From NCBI RefSeq assembly GCF_037042905.1, contig NC_087251.1, positions 22,942,001 through 23,006,000 of the forward strand: a DNA stretch of 64,000 nt. Direction: 5' to 3'. The position numbers were made by a program, and so were the translations under genes. This stretch comes from Lytechinus pictus (Eukaryota). The notes below the pieces were generated by a model. It saw nothing but the letters and a program-made list of their open reading frames with translations. It had not been told where the DNA came from and did not search any database. Shown here piece by piece: positions 1 through 13,722 of this stretch (the first letter of the stretch is position 1; every line of letters starts with the position of its first letter).

Positions 1-3000
1 TAAATCATGATATCTTATTTTCCTCTGAATAAACCAGGAATAAATTTGTTTTAATTTAAAACAAAACAAATAATGATATTTTGTTAGATTTAACCACACA
101 GAATGACTGATGACTGATTACTGCAAGTTGCACACCCGTAGTTACTCCAAAGTTTATTGCACACTTGTTAAAATAAATTATGTATAAAGATACAACTTCT
201 ACATTTACTGTAACCATGGAGATGATATAAGCTTTCCTTGCACATCCAAACACCTGCATATACCCTCACCCACACCACACCACACAAAAGTCTTTCAAGG
301 CACATACCCACATGACTGAACATGCTGATAAATTGAAAGCGCTCAAGAGATTTCATTCGCTCATGCACACACCCACACACACCCTCACTCACAAAGCACA
401 CACTCAGAAGATATATTTGCCTTGAATATATGGGTACATACATGGAGACCAATTGCAGGTGTATCTCATTAATCACAGTCTCGCACTAAGACACACACAC
501 ATATTTGCATCCAGGCACACATTTGCATCCATCACTCCTACCCACATAAAACTTCACATTTTTCTATCCTCTCCCACACCAAATAGCATCCCCTTTATGG
601 CTCCTTCTAGGAACCCTAACCTTTTTGAGACTGAGACCAATTGGTGACACTAATTGTAAAAGTTAAAACACCTTCACTTTCCCTACATAGTACATCCAGT
701 AGGCCTATATCCCTCACACAAACTTTACATTCATCCTAACCACATACTGTAAAACCCCCTGTAACCCCTCTCCTCTCTTGCCGTTGTCTTCTCATGAGGT
801 ACGTGGTAAACAATTCTAGGTACATAAGAGCTGTCTCACACTACACACATACACCCACACCCCACATGCACACACCAGCACATCCAACATCCTCTCCCCA
901 AATCTGATATTTACTTACAGGACCCACATTAACATTTGAATGCCCAAATACTCCACCTCCATTCACACAACCCACTGTAAGTCCCCATCGAGGTACCTAC
1001 ATGTAACTATGGATACATATTCTCAATGAATACGGAAAATCACAAACTAAAAGCACTGCCATCCATCTGCCACTATCCCCCCCCCCCACTCTACACTTCC
1101 ATAATCATCCACTCACCCATGCAAACATCTAAATGCACACACAGTGTCATGCACCCACAGTACCTTAAAACACAAAATCTCCTGTAAGACCTCTTTGAGG
1201 CACCTTTCTATAATAACGTATATTGTAAAATATATAATGTATCGTAATAATGGATGTGTCATGTGAACACCCACCAGCCCTTCCCACATTTTAATGATTG
1301 CCCTTAAACAATTCATACTATGCAGTCACCAACACTCCACAAATATCCCTGCATGTTAGGCCCATATTGAGAAATGTTCATTTCTCTATGGATACATGCT
1401 TGATTTTAAATGCATAAGAAACACACTAAATACACACCCTTGTATCCACCCCTCCCCCACACACTCATAATTATCTTCTCATGTTGACTTATTTGCACTA
1501 ACTTGGTATGAGCTGGAACCTTCTACTGCAACATCCCTTGAAAGTCTCATTTGATCAGCAAGGTGGCCTACTTCTAATTATAGAGGTACATAAATGAGTT
1601 ATAACCATGGAAACAAGCTTACAATTGCAGGTGCATGCAACAATTTATATCCTATAAATTGCACCTACCACCCCACCCACCCCCAACACACATTCACTGA
1701 TCTGCTCTCCCTCGTGTCAATATATTCTTCTTGGTGGTGGAGGTAAACACATTTACTCAACAAACACCTCATATGATCAGCACTGCTTTTCGAATGCAGG
1801 GCACGTACTTTTAGAATATGCTTTCATATATGGAGAGTTTTTTTGACAAGTGCTATTTTTTAACTACAAAGACAAGTACATATTTTCCGTATGAAAATTG
1901 CGAAAATCATCGTCCATGGATGAATCAATGTTTTCAAGGTGGAAAATTGTCGAAGTTTGAATATACGTGTATTTGTAAATTGTTTAATTTTCTTATGGAT
2001 CTCATTTTTATTTATTATTATATCTCTCTTTAAAAACCTTCGACACAGGCATATAAAGCGTTCGTTCGTATTTTGGGTCAGAAGAAGGCTGACATTCAAT
2101 TTAAATTCAATTCAGTTCTTTTAAACTATTTTACTTTCCACTTTAATTAACTTAGCATAATATAATCACATTTTGAGAACATAGGCTCAATACAACAATT
2201 ATTTAAAAAAAATCATAAATTGAAAGGGAGGGCCAACTGAAAAGCAGAGGTTGTATGATGTAGGCCCTCATGTAAAGGTAATAACATGAATTGTTTTGTA
2301 CAAAAAAAGAAAATATTAAGTTATGGAATATGTAATACAAATCATTAAAATGAAATAATGATAAACAAATATATACAAAATCACACAGTGCACAAATTAA
2401 TCAAAGTTTCCCAAATATTACAATAATTTATATTTGATTGAAGAATGAAATGATCTAAACATCTGAACATTTGGAATTCTTGTATGAAACTGATTATCTT
2501 TTGTGTTTTTTCATAATGCCCAAACATCATTTGTATTTAAAAAACTTGAATTGATGATATATTTAGTATTTTAGTTCTTCAAAATTCATCTATAAAATGA
2601 AGACTGTACTTTTCTCAATTCCATTTACATGATTTTTGGGGATATGTGAGAATTTGCTTGATTTGTGTTGATTTGCTATTACATATTAAAAACAAAACCA
2701 AAATACATTAAAAACTTGTTAGAAGTCTGATATCTCTTATTTGTATGTTTTCTTGTAATATTTTAGCATTGGTAGACTCTCTATAGACTTATTCAAGTAC
2801 CTGACCTATTCAAAGAGAATGTGTATATTTTATCATCTTTTTCAAGGCATCACCAGGAAAAGAGTTGATCCACTTTCCTTCCTGAAAAAGAAAATCAAAA
2901 CTTGTTTCTCTGTTGAATTTTCAATATTTGTGCTCAAAACCTCTTTATTTTCTGAACCCTCTATGCACCTTGAACACTCTGGAGAATGGATTTGGCACAT

Positions 3001-3018
3001 TACAGCTAACATTATTAT

Positions 3019-3612
3019 TTAAAGGACAATCCCACACCAACAAAAAGTTGATTTGAAGAAAAAGAGAAAAAGCCAACAAGCATAACACTGAAATTTCATC
3101 AAAATCAGATGTAATGTAAGAAAGTTATGACATTTTAAAGTATCACTTAATTTCACAAAACAATTATATGCAGATCCTGGTAAGTATGCAAATGAGAGAA
3201 ATGATGTCGTCATTCACTTTTTTATTTTTTACTTTGTTATATGAAATATTAAATATTATAATTTTCTCCTCATTGTCCTGTGAAACACATTTTTATTTCT
3301 CCTTAATATGTGGAACTAATATTGTTCATTACTTTATGGTACAGTCAAGTTGGTCCATATTGTCAGATCTGTAAAATTTAAATATTGTATAATTCAAACA
3401 AAAAACAAAAGAAATAGTGAGTGAGGGACATCATTGGTTCATTTGTGACTTAATTGTAATATTAACTATTTTGTGAAAAATAAGCGAAACTTTAAAATGT
3501 CATAACTTTCTCATTTTCCATTCGATTTTGATGAAATTTTGAGCATTTTGCCTGTCTGATTTTTCTCTATAGTTCAAAATCAGCATTTTTCTGAGGTGAA
3601 CTTGTCCTTTAA
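3019..3612. mobile_element. Non-autonomous TIR element, TTAA-flanked (Kolobok-like MITE family A)
   Basis: TTAA-AGGACAA...TTGTCCT-TTAA termini with long imperfect inverted arms; homologous copy at 39759-40356 and partial copy at 38385-38471. Confidence 0.85.
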
Positions 3613-4447
3613 TATTAGTATCCAATTTTGATGCAGGGTATTATTGATTTAACCTCTTAAGAGTAAACTTTCAAATTGTTTGTAGGCAACAGCTGTTCCA
3701 GACATATTAATTTGGGTATCTGTAATGAAAAAATATGCAGTGTATATACACATAACTGCATAAGTCAAATCTCTTTAAACTGCAGAAAATATGTTCTGTT
3801 TTGGAGAGATTCAACTTACATAAATTGAATGCCACCTGTCTTGCATAATCTCGTCTAAAAAATTGCTTCAACCTAATAGGCAATTATGTAACTCATAGAA
3901 GGTCGACCTACACAGATTTGACTGCATATCCTCATTCCCATTCAGTTATTCTCCTTATTGGGGTTTTAATTACTAACGATTTCTTCTTAATATGGCAATA
4001 TGGCAATTACTTTTTATCCTATTCCTGGTACTACCCTTTGGCTACCTTTCAAAGCCCGGCATGAAATACCATTTCTCTTTGTCTGTCCTTCCACCTGTAT
4101 TTGATATCATAGTCGTTGTTGATTCCCCTTTTCTCTCTCTTTCTGACCAATCCTTTACTTTCTATGTTTCTGTGCTATTTCATCATTTCTTGAAATATTT
4201 CTCAGGCATCAAACAATCTTTTAGCTATTCTGTCTACTAACTTTTCCTGTATTGTGTCTTAATTAAAAGATCTTCTTTTTACATGTCCTTTAATACTCTC
4301 TTCATGCAAAGTTAGTGTGAGAGAGTAAGGTAATTATTTAGTAATATATCCTTTGCACCCCATCACCATGTCAATGAAAGCTATAGAAAAACGGCTTTAT
4401 AAATTACCAACATGAATTCACTATATATATTTTTTTATTTCTTACAG

Positions 4448-4491
4448 GAGGAATGTTGAAGAGGTTTTAGAGAAATCAGGCATTAATCCAG
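4448..4491 (+). CDS. Gene 1 (partial, probable coiled-coil protein) internal exon: RNVEEVLEKSGINP
   Basis: Polypyrimidine tract + TTACAG acceptor, CAG|GTATGA donor; ends in phase 1, matching the exon at 5317. Confidence 0.65.
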
Positions 4492-5316
4492 GTATGAAGT
4501 ACCACTGTACCAGTGAGCTTAAGAAAATAAAAATGTGGGAGAAGACTTGTGTTTTTCTCTTTGACAAACTGCACAATTTTTTAATGTATGCCTGAGAAGA
4601 GTTGAGATATTCACATATGACTCTTACTTGCACATTGGGAGATTTTAAGTATGGTGTTGGCATTGGTGTTGGTGTTGGAAATTGGAATTTGCATTGCTTC
4701 CCCTAGCTCCAAAATCTATTCTGACTGAGTTTGTAAAACTGATCCAGATCACATTATTAACATCTAAAAAACTGGTGAGTAACTTTTCTCCATTTTATGT
4801 TTGGTGTTATACTTGTGTAAAGATTGACCTAACACCAACACCAATAGGTCAACACTGAACTTGAAATCGCCCATTCTTGTGACTCATAATGATAATAAAT
4901 TTGAGATATCTTTCATGAATTTTTAACCGATAGATCACATTTCATTATAGCAAATCATGTATTCTTTCTGATGCAAGAAGCAAACTGTGAATAAATTATT
5001 AAAACCTGAGATTGATTTTAAATCCATGGCTAATTTGCAATCTATTACAGATGTCTTGCACTTCTCCATTAGTCAAAAATATTTCCTTCAATTAAAATCA
5101 AAGCCCCTGATAGTGATATAAAATGGACATCTGCCTTCACCATTCAAAAGAAGAAAACAGAGTGTTAAGGTGTTCAAGAGAAAAATCATTGTGGAAGGTG
5201 GTTAGATGATGCCCACAAGGTTATTGGTGCCTCCAAGCCTTTTATTTGACTTTCTGATCTCATCATAAAAAGGAAGTTACCTGACTGCTGTTCTATTGTC
5301 TGTGTGTGTATCCTAG

Positions 5317-5378
5317 TGACCCTGGCTGCCTTGGAGAAAGATCAAGGGCGGAGGAGACAGGTGTTTAGTGAGGCAGCA
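5317..5378 (+). CDS. Gene 1 internal exon: VTLAALEKDQGRRRQVFSEAA
   Basis: TCCTAG acceptor, GCA|GTGAGT donor; phase 1 to phase 0, open frame. Confidence 0.65.
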
Positions 5379-6222
5379 GTGAGTCTTAAATGGGATTTAA
5401 AAAAAAACACCCATTAATATGGTGAAATCAATATAGACCCCCACGATCTAGTTATGCTTAGTGTGCACAAAATTTTGTATAGGGTAAATAAACAAGACCT
5501 AAATATTGAATTGCATTGGCCATGTTGCCTTTTTAACATTCCTTCTCTGATTTAATAGTAGCTCCCAATAATTGCTGACTGGAGCTGTCGGAAGTTCCTA
5601 CTTGGTATTCTGAAGTGAAAAGGAGATAATAAACTACATTTTAAACTATAATTTCCAAAACAATTTGTGGCACACCAATCTCATTACAGATGATTTTTAT
5701 GAGTTGATTCATGGTATAACCACATTTAAGACATGGTTGTAAACCTTTTTAAAACCAAATTTCTGTGGACTCATGGAAAATTATATGGTATTGAATGATT
5801 GCCCAGTTCCATTTTTAAGCTAAGCAAAACAAAAAAATTTCTATTTTATTTATATATACTGTATATATATATATATAATATATATGCATACATCCTACGT
5901 AAGGGCGAAGTCTATGAATGGGTTTATTCCGTTATAATACTGATTTAGACGTTAAGTCGAAGGTAGAGGGCGTTAAGGCGCATTGCGAACATTGGTAGAA
6001 GACAAAAAAATTCGCCTTAAATGCAGATGTAGAAAGATGTATATATATATATATATATATATTCATGGAAATATTTTGTCTGTATTTTTATCCTTTCATT
6101 TTGTATTTTTTATGACATTGTTCATGATGATTGTATTTTTAGTAGTATTTATATGTATACTAGTCGTACTAGTAATAATGACAGTTCACAGTAATGTATC
6201 TTGTCTCTTTCTTGCTACCAAG

Positions 6223-6297
6223 GCTCAAGCACAGATTCTTCAAGAAAAACTTGATGAGAACATGGATGTATGGCACAATAATGCTCAAGATATGAAG
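6223..6297 (+). CDS. Gene 1 internal exon: AQAQILQEKLDENMDVWHNNAQDMK
   Basis: Pyrimidine tract + CCAAG acceptor, AAG|GTTTGT donor (alternative donor GAT|GTATGG after 6267); phase 0-0; helical, charged composition. Confidence 0.6.
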
Positions 6298-7513
6298 GTT
6301 TGTGATGTTGTTTCTAAATTACCCTATTTTTTTCTCCATGTTTTTCATGTATGTGCTGAAATTCAGTTTCATGTGAATATTGAATGGAGAAGTCCACCTA
6401 TGTGTCAAGTTGACTTTTAATGACCCCCACCCCCTCCCCCTTGAAAATAAGAAAAGAAAATAAATGAGTAAGTGAAAAAAAAAAACTTGTTATTAAACAT
6501 TTGGAATTTCTGTTTTAAAGCCTTGATAAATTGAACACAAATAGAATTATTATGACAGATTTCTATCCTTCAATTTGCTTTGCATATGGAGTGTAAAAAA
6601 ATTCTATTTTCTTCATTTATGGCTAAAAAGTATGCATTTTTAATAAACAGGTGTTGTTTATAAATATCCATAGTAGATTTACATCTAGGAATACTGATAC
6701 ATGATTGATTGATAGATATAATGGAAATAATTTCTGATATATCAGGATAAGCATTTAGAAGAGGAGATTTCTTACATCAATTCACCACTGTTGTAGTATA
6801 TCTATTTGAAATGATCTCAGCTACTAAGATTGATTATTTTTCAGTTGAAGTACTGTAGGGTTTAGCCTCATTTCACCAATATGGAACTTGATAAATTAAC
6901 TTAATGAAGCAAATTAAATTTAAGGATGATTTTTTTTTTCAAATTGGGAATGCTATGAGTAATTTGCTTCGGTTCATTTCATTGATCTTGGGTTTTACAT
7001 TCATATTAATTTTGGTTGCATTTGTGATTCCTTAATGTTAAATGTGACATGATGATATATTAAAGTACTTATCATTATTGATTGATATTAAGTAACATAG
7101 TTCTGTGTATGATTATTGCCTATTAAAACAAGATACTTTCTTATCAAGCTGTGTAGGCGATGGTTATTTCAGGCAGTGTGTACCAATAATTAATCTATCC
7201 AAGACAGGAAATGCGTGGCAGTTCCATTTTCAATTGTACTCATCATATGCTGAAATGTATTGAGTAGAGATGTAGCAAGAAATGGTTCCTACTGCACGAA
7301 GTATACCTCTAGAGCATTCATTAACAGAACGATCTTAGTTTTCAATTTACTAATGGCAGTAAGTGCAAATGCAATTGAAAGTATAAACAAATCCATTTCA
7401 ACACCCTGATTCAGCTCACTGTGCCCAAGTTATTGCTTACCAGCTTTCTCTTTTCTATTTGTTTGGTGTTACCTGCATGGAGAGGCAAGACATTGGTGCT
7501 GTTGTTATTGATG

Positions 7514-8105
7514 TTAAAGGGGAATGAAACCTAAGGAACAAATAGGCTTGTGTCGAAACAGAAAAATCAAAGAATAAGAACAAAGAAAGTTTGAGAAAAA
7601 TCAGACCAATAATGAGAAAGTTATGAGCATTTGAATATTGCAATCACTAATGCTATACAGATCCTCCTATTGGCAATGCGGCAAGGATGTGTGATGTCAC
7701 ATGTGAACAACTTTCCCTTTGATGGACTCTAAAATACCCCCAAAATGTCTCTGTTTGCTTTTCTTAAGGGGATACAAACTCTTTATCCATGATGTATTTT
7801 TTTAAAATCTGTATTACATGCCCTCCTATAGAAAGAACACATGATCTACTGATACATGTGATAAAAGAGGCAATTTAATTGAAATATATACTAAAGATAT
7901 GGGGAGAGTTGTACACAAGTGACATCACTCATCTTTGTTACATTGCCAATGTGAGGATCTCCATAGCATTAGTGATCGCAATATTCAAATGCTCATAACT
8001 TTCTCATTATTTGTCCGATTTTTCTCAAACTTTCGTTGATCTGTTTCTTTGATTTTTCTGTTTTCACACAAGCTATCTTGTTCCATAGCTTTCATTCTCC
8101 TTTAA
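7514..8105. mobile_element. Non-autonomous TIR element, TTAA-flanked (Kolobok-like MITE family B)
   Basis: TTAA-AGGGGAATGAAAC...TTTCATTCTCCT-TTAA; long inverted arms; same 592-bp length as the diverged, oppositely oriented copy at 48249-48840. Confidence 0.85.
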
Positions 8106-8919
8106 GTCCCTTACAAATATTCCACCCCCCAACAAAAAAGCATAAATATTAGTAATCACTATTGTCTTAGGAATCAGTAAAAAATTATTATAACTTTTCA
8201 AACTGATTCATTTTAATGTTTTTTAATGACAGTTACCTCCAAATCTTGCTTCAAAAGCATCAGATATCATTAAAGTATATAGGCTGTTGGTCTCAAGCAT
8301 GATAGATTATGATAATAATGATAATAAATTTGATGATTAATAATAATGATAATGGTATTTCAGTGTGCATGATTTATAATAAGGAACACACACCATCCGA
8401 AACATTGTGTTTCCCAGCAACAATTTTCTTGTACATACACAAGCTAAACAGTCATAAACAAATTCTACAAATTAACCTTAATTTACAGTATCCAAATCAT
8501 CATGTAAAACTTTGCATCATTCATCAGAATTTCTAGCTACATCACAGTGGGGCCCAGTGCCCCCCCCCCCCTACTTGCTGCTCAATTCACCAACAACTTA
8601 AAAAGAACAAACCCAGTCAGCTCACTACTAGTATGAGCTCAAGCCCTAAACAAGTAGCAAATCAGATGAATAAGTGATGAAAAATTATAGGTTTACAAAA
8701 GAAAAAAAATATATATATAAATATATTATTTTTTTAATAAACGAGGACGCCTGCCCCAAACAACCAGCCAATCAGATGAATGAATGATGGAAAAACAAGA
8801 TTTAAAGGCGTACAATATGAAAAAAAAATTATTTCATTTTTTTTGGTTGCAATCTCAACATTTTTTTATAGGTTATTTATAGGTATGTAAACAAGTTGAA
8901 TGTATTGTAGTACAAAAAG

Positions 8920-9040
8920 AGACTGTGGAGTTTATTTAACCACTTAGATACAGCTTGTGAGAAGTACCTATCCCCTGATGACTGTTGGGTACAGGGGATT
9001 TGCAGTAAATTGATGCTTCCGAATCTTAAACTGCAAAATG
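8920..9040 (-). mobile_element. Degenerate L2/CR1-type LINE ORF2 3' fragment
   Basis: Minus-strand translation LRFGSINLLQIPCTQQSSGDRYFSQAVSKWLNKL resembles the LRSS..LL.VP.T....GDRAFS.AAP.LWN.LP tail of L2-clade ORF2; boundaries approximate. Confidence 0.6.
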
Positions 9041-10380
9041 GATTGTAGCCTGGATGAAGCATGAATAAACTTGCCCATTAGCAGTTCATCACATTCAGTC
9101 TAAGTGCTACAGCTTTATTGACATATATCCTGCTATAAATGCATTATGCTTCTTTCAGCGTGACCTTCCTGCATTTGTCTACAACATGAGATTTTTAAAT
9201 TAGCTAAAAGGTGTGAAAGATGAAGGGTTTGACATTGCCCTCTAGTTTTTGTGGCAATGTATGTTCATGTTCATGGATGACGTCAGCTGTCATGTTTAGG
9301 TTCAGGCAATTTTGGGGTTGGATTTTGTCCTTTTTTTCTCTGATAATGCATATTATGTCTTAATGCTCTAGTTTCTTTTGTCAAAGTTAGGGTGTGAACA
9401 ATGATGCAGGTACTAAAACTGCTTCAAAACAAATTTCATGATAAATTTCAAACACAATCACAGTATTTTGAGAGTTAAACTGTTCACTTGCAATCAAGCT
9501 AGATGTGCATTTTAAAACAGAAAATTAACTGTTTTCAGTGATTTCTTCAACCATGTACTATACACAGGCACTAAACTATCTCACCAGCCTTTCAAATAAA
9601 TACTTATGGATTTGTAGTTTGTCTGTGTTTCACTGTATTTTACATGACAGATCTTAAAATGGGGGGGGGGGGGGCTTCACCTGATTCCAATAATACTGGA
9701 GGTATTTAAAACATTCTGAATTACAATTTACCCTTTTCATACCCATCTATCACCCATCACTATAGTAATTAGTATTATAGTAATAATAAAATGTATATTA
9801 CCCTAAAAATCATAAGCTTATGTGAGCTTATTGTTTATATATCATTAATTTTGTCCATTTTAAGATAATTTAGTATATCATGCTTTTAAGTGGATGTCAA
9901 TTGAGTGATGAATTGACATTTTAGTTTAAGTGTTTACATTCTCTTAGTGTTTTTTTTTACTCTTAAGTTTATCTACATGAAAATTAATGCACCTGAAATA
10001 CATGAACATATTTGTAAAAGACATCAATTGAGATTAAAGTTGTCTTTACATTTAATGCATCAAAAGAGAGTGGGGAAAGAGGGCAGACAGTATACAAGGG
10101 TTAATCATGGAGGCAGTTGATGTGTAATTATTATAAGTTATCCTTGCTATCCAGCCTCATGAGGTATTGTATATTTGCATATGGATTTCATGGTCTTTAG
10201 CAAGATGCGAATTCCAATATAATGTCTGTGGTGCTGTATTGATATTGTCTTTACCATTCTTTGCCCCCTTGTTCCCCCTCTCTCTTTTTCTTTTCTCCCC
10301 TGTCTCCCACCTTCTTTCTCCCTCTCCCACTGGCCCTCCTCTCTCTTTCGTATTCATTTTATTTATTTTCTATCGTTTAG

Positions 10381-10443
10381 AATATGTCCGCTCAGTGTCT
10401 AGCTCTGATGGAGAGTGGAAGAAGCAATCTTCAGGAACAATGA
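10381..10443 (+). CDS. Gene 1 terminal coding exon: NMSAQCLALMESGRSNLQEQ*
   Basis: Long pyrimidine tract ending GTTTAG; phase 0 reading matches the donor at 6297; TGA at 10441-10443. Confidence 0.55.
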   Translation, partial: NMSAQCLALMESGRSNLQEQ

Positions 10444-11945
10444 ACTGATGCCAATTACAATATGTAAATATTAAGAATATCTGTAGGTCGATGACAGAGT
10501 ACAACATGTTATGATCAGTTGAAAATATCAACTTTTTTATGTTTTACCCTATGGCATTGCAGGATTTATTGGAATAATCTCCCAACCTTGAAAATATCAA
10601 ACTCAACATTAAGGCACTTATGCACAAATACAATGTAACAGCATCATTGAACCTGTATAATATAACAAAGACGACCCCTCCCTATAGAAAGTCCGAGTCA
10701 TTGAGTCATTTCAACAACTTGTTTTAACAATAGAGTTCACTATTCTTAATTAATTCAAGATACTCAACATTCTAACACATATATCATGAACTCTAAGTTT
10801 AAAAAAATTATTCTCGTAACCACCAAAACTTTTTTTCTCCAAAACTGCTTTGGTGTTGTTGATGGTAATTTTCTCTCCACAATACAGTCGTTGAAATCAA
10901 CTTTATGATGCCAAGTTCCGTTGTGAATGAATTCATTATTACTTTCAGTTGTGATCTACGTCCCATGTGAGTGGTGATAAATGCTTTTTTTATCACATCC
11001 TTGTGAAACTAAGCTGTGTAAATATCGTGTAATTTCTATACAGTTTAAATGAAGGCTAGATTAAGCTTTCATGAAATTTGGGTTTCATTTCTTATTTACA
11101 TTGCAAAAGCTGTAGAGATAATATTCACATTGTGAGAACAATGACCACCAAGCAAAATATTCTAGATCTGTGTCATTGAATATGAATATGTAATGATTTT
11201 CACCATTGGCTAGAGATGCTCCTTTGTTTGATAATATCCTCTGGCCTTGCCTGTTTAAATACCATTGCGTCTAGGTTTTACCAATTTATCGAAAGCTGTT
11301 AGGTAGAGTGGTGCTTCATTGCATTATCGGTTTACGGTACAGCTTCCATTTCAAAGCATGTTGTTACCATAGAAACTGTATGTCCTTATTTGTGTTTTTC
11401 ACCAAACTTTACAGGCAACTAATGGAGAGTTAGCATTATTATAATTATTATGCCTTTGCACTTTACCTTATGTATTGTCATTTTGTAATGGAGAAGTTGC
11501 TTCAATGCTACATATCTTGTGCTGAATTAGTATTGGTTTTTATGTGATACCAATCTTTTTTATTTTTATCTCCATGTGATGTGATACCAATCTTTCCCTT
11601 GAATTTAGTAATTCAAGTAGGATAGATTATACACTCTTATCTTATTTTATCAATTTACTCAAAAGTGATGATTGCATTGAAATTAGTGTTCTTTGTGCTT
11701 GCCTATTGAGTATGTCTGTTATGGATACATAAAACTAGATTATTTATCTCATGTACGTCAATGTTTTTCATAACTCTGTTCAGATACAAGCAGAAACTCC
11801 CATTGTTTTGAATCATGTTACGGAGTTTGCACATTTTGTATACATCCTAATTTTCCTTCTGATTAATTCTTGCAGACAAAAGGTTCTTTTGAAACCTCAA
11901 CTGTAATTACTTTTTTCACCTGTATTTGGATCTTATTGTGATTCC

Positions 11946-12195
11946 AGAGCCCCGTCTTACAAAGAGTTGCGATTGATCCGATCAACCACAACTATGGAAA
12001 GCCAGCAACGTCAACAACAAAAATGCATTTTGTTCAACTATTTTCTAGATATCATTTTCTTGACAATTCAGTGTGCCTATCTTCGTTCACAAAGTACATT
12101 GTGCAAATTTTCTGAAGAAAAAATTATGACATTGATGGATTTCCATATAGTAGACATTGATTGGATCAACTGTAACTCTTTGTATGACAGGCCCC
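11946..12195. mobile_element. Small MITE with inverted termini
   Basis: GCCCCGTCTTACAAAGAGTTGCGATTGATCC ... GGATCAACTGTAACTCTTTGTATGACAGGCCCC. Confidence 0.7.
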
Positions 12196-12375
12196 ATTTA
12201 ACTGCTTAACAGGATGTGGAGTAACATGTTATTATATTTAATCACCTGCCATTTTCCTTTTACAATTGTTTACCTTTTTTGGACCTGTTCAAATCATATC
12301 ATATTTACAATACGTGTTGCATTTGTGCCAAGTTTTAAAGCCTTTTGAAAATCAGAAGAGAAACGTGATTCATTC

Positions 12376-12502
12376 CTTTATTACTGATGTGTAATATAGA
12401 AAATTGGGGTGTATGATAAATAATAAAGGTATATTTAGCCCTTCATTACTGATGTGTAATATAGAAAACTAGGGTGTATGATAAATAATAAAGGTATATT
12501 TA
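12376..12502. repeat. 65-bp tandem duplication (2 copies)
   Basis: TTACTGATGTGTAATATAGAAAA..GGGTGTATGATAAATAATAAAGGTATATTTA starts at 12381 and 12446. Confidence 0.9.
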
Positions 12503-13289
12503 TTTTGTTCCTTCTTTACCTGCCTCTATAATGAGTCTATGATTTTTGTCTGATATGTGGGGATGTTTTTAAAATGGGAAAACACATCATTCATATACAG
12601 TGAATATTGCATAAGTCAACAATACATAAATTTACCCGAGTCAAAACTTATTTTAATGCAAAATCTGTGTTACATACTTCTTTGAAGTCTGTTTCTGTGG
12701 TCCCAAAGTATTTGACAAAGGCACTGTTCTTTGTGTGGTAAGTCACACATTGTTTATGTCCATTGATTACCCCAGTCTATAAAAAGTTGTGCAAAATGAC
12801 ATACTCATGGCTCACTTCCACTGCACATTTGGGCAAATTATGAGAGTGTACATGTGGGTAATGTCATTTGTAAACAATGCTTTACCAGCGATAACTTCAA
12901 GAAAGCATAATATAATGTTCTTGAATTAAAATGTTTACTTTTTAAAGCAGAATCTTCTTAAACACAAAACAGATACAGATCATGTCAGTAAAAACAAATA
13001 CAAATTTCTGTTTAGGTTGGTATGAATGAATCATGTACATGTATTTCATGATTTTCATCACAATGAAATTGAAGGTTGTGCAACATCCTTTATAATGTAT
13101 TGAATATGAGAGGATGCGCTTTTGTAACAATAACGTGAGATGGTCCATAGAGTCAGAATAGAGAGAGAGGGGGGGGGGGGGGGGGATAGAAGGAGACAGC
13201 GAGGGGGCATGGGCAGGGGATAGAAGAACTGGGGAAATAAGCAGGAAAAAAAACAGGGGAGAGGTGTGAACAAAATTAAATGTTAGTGT

Positions 13290-13722
13290 TTGAAGGGGAA
13301 GTTCACCCAGATAATAAGTTCTTAATAAAAGCAGAGTTGGTGAAAATCTGTCGGAGAATAAAGGAGTTGTGAAATGTTTAAGTTTTGATATTATGACTTC
13401 ACAGACCAGCAGCTCCGACACGTGTGGTACAGTATATATCCCCCCCCCCCAAGTGTAAAGGTAATTTTATATCATCGTATACCCCTTTAATAAGAAAACC
13501 ATTTGCATTCATCTTACTCTATGAAAAGAATAGATTTATGGAATCTATATTTATATGATATATGGGGAAAATGCTCACATATGATATTTCATATTTAAAA
13601 CTTAACCAAAAAACCCTTAAACTCTCTTATTTGATGGATTTTCATACCAAGCCTTCACCAATGTTCTCTAATTTTTCTGGTATTATAGAATCCAATATAT
13701 CGTTAGGTGAAATTCCCCTTGA
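13290..13722. mobile_element. Degenerate Kolobok-like MITE (family C)
   Basis: AGGGGAAGTTCACCC...GGTGAAATTCCCCTT termini; related to 31875-32327. Confidence 0.6.

Larger units (their letters stand above)
10444..12930 (+). other. Probable long 3' UTR of gene 1
   Basis: T-rich non-coding stretch after the stop; AATAAA hexamers near 12422 and 12487, ATTAAA near 12925; true end unknown. Confidence 0.4.

Noticed and set aside
10167..10448. 93-aa ORF ending EYVRSVSSSDGEWKKQSSGTMN
   Set aside because: The 5' part is an intronic pyrimidine tract; the phase-0 frame fits the upstream donor, although an unseen phase-1 exon cannot be excluded
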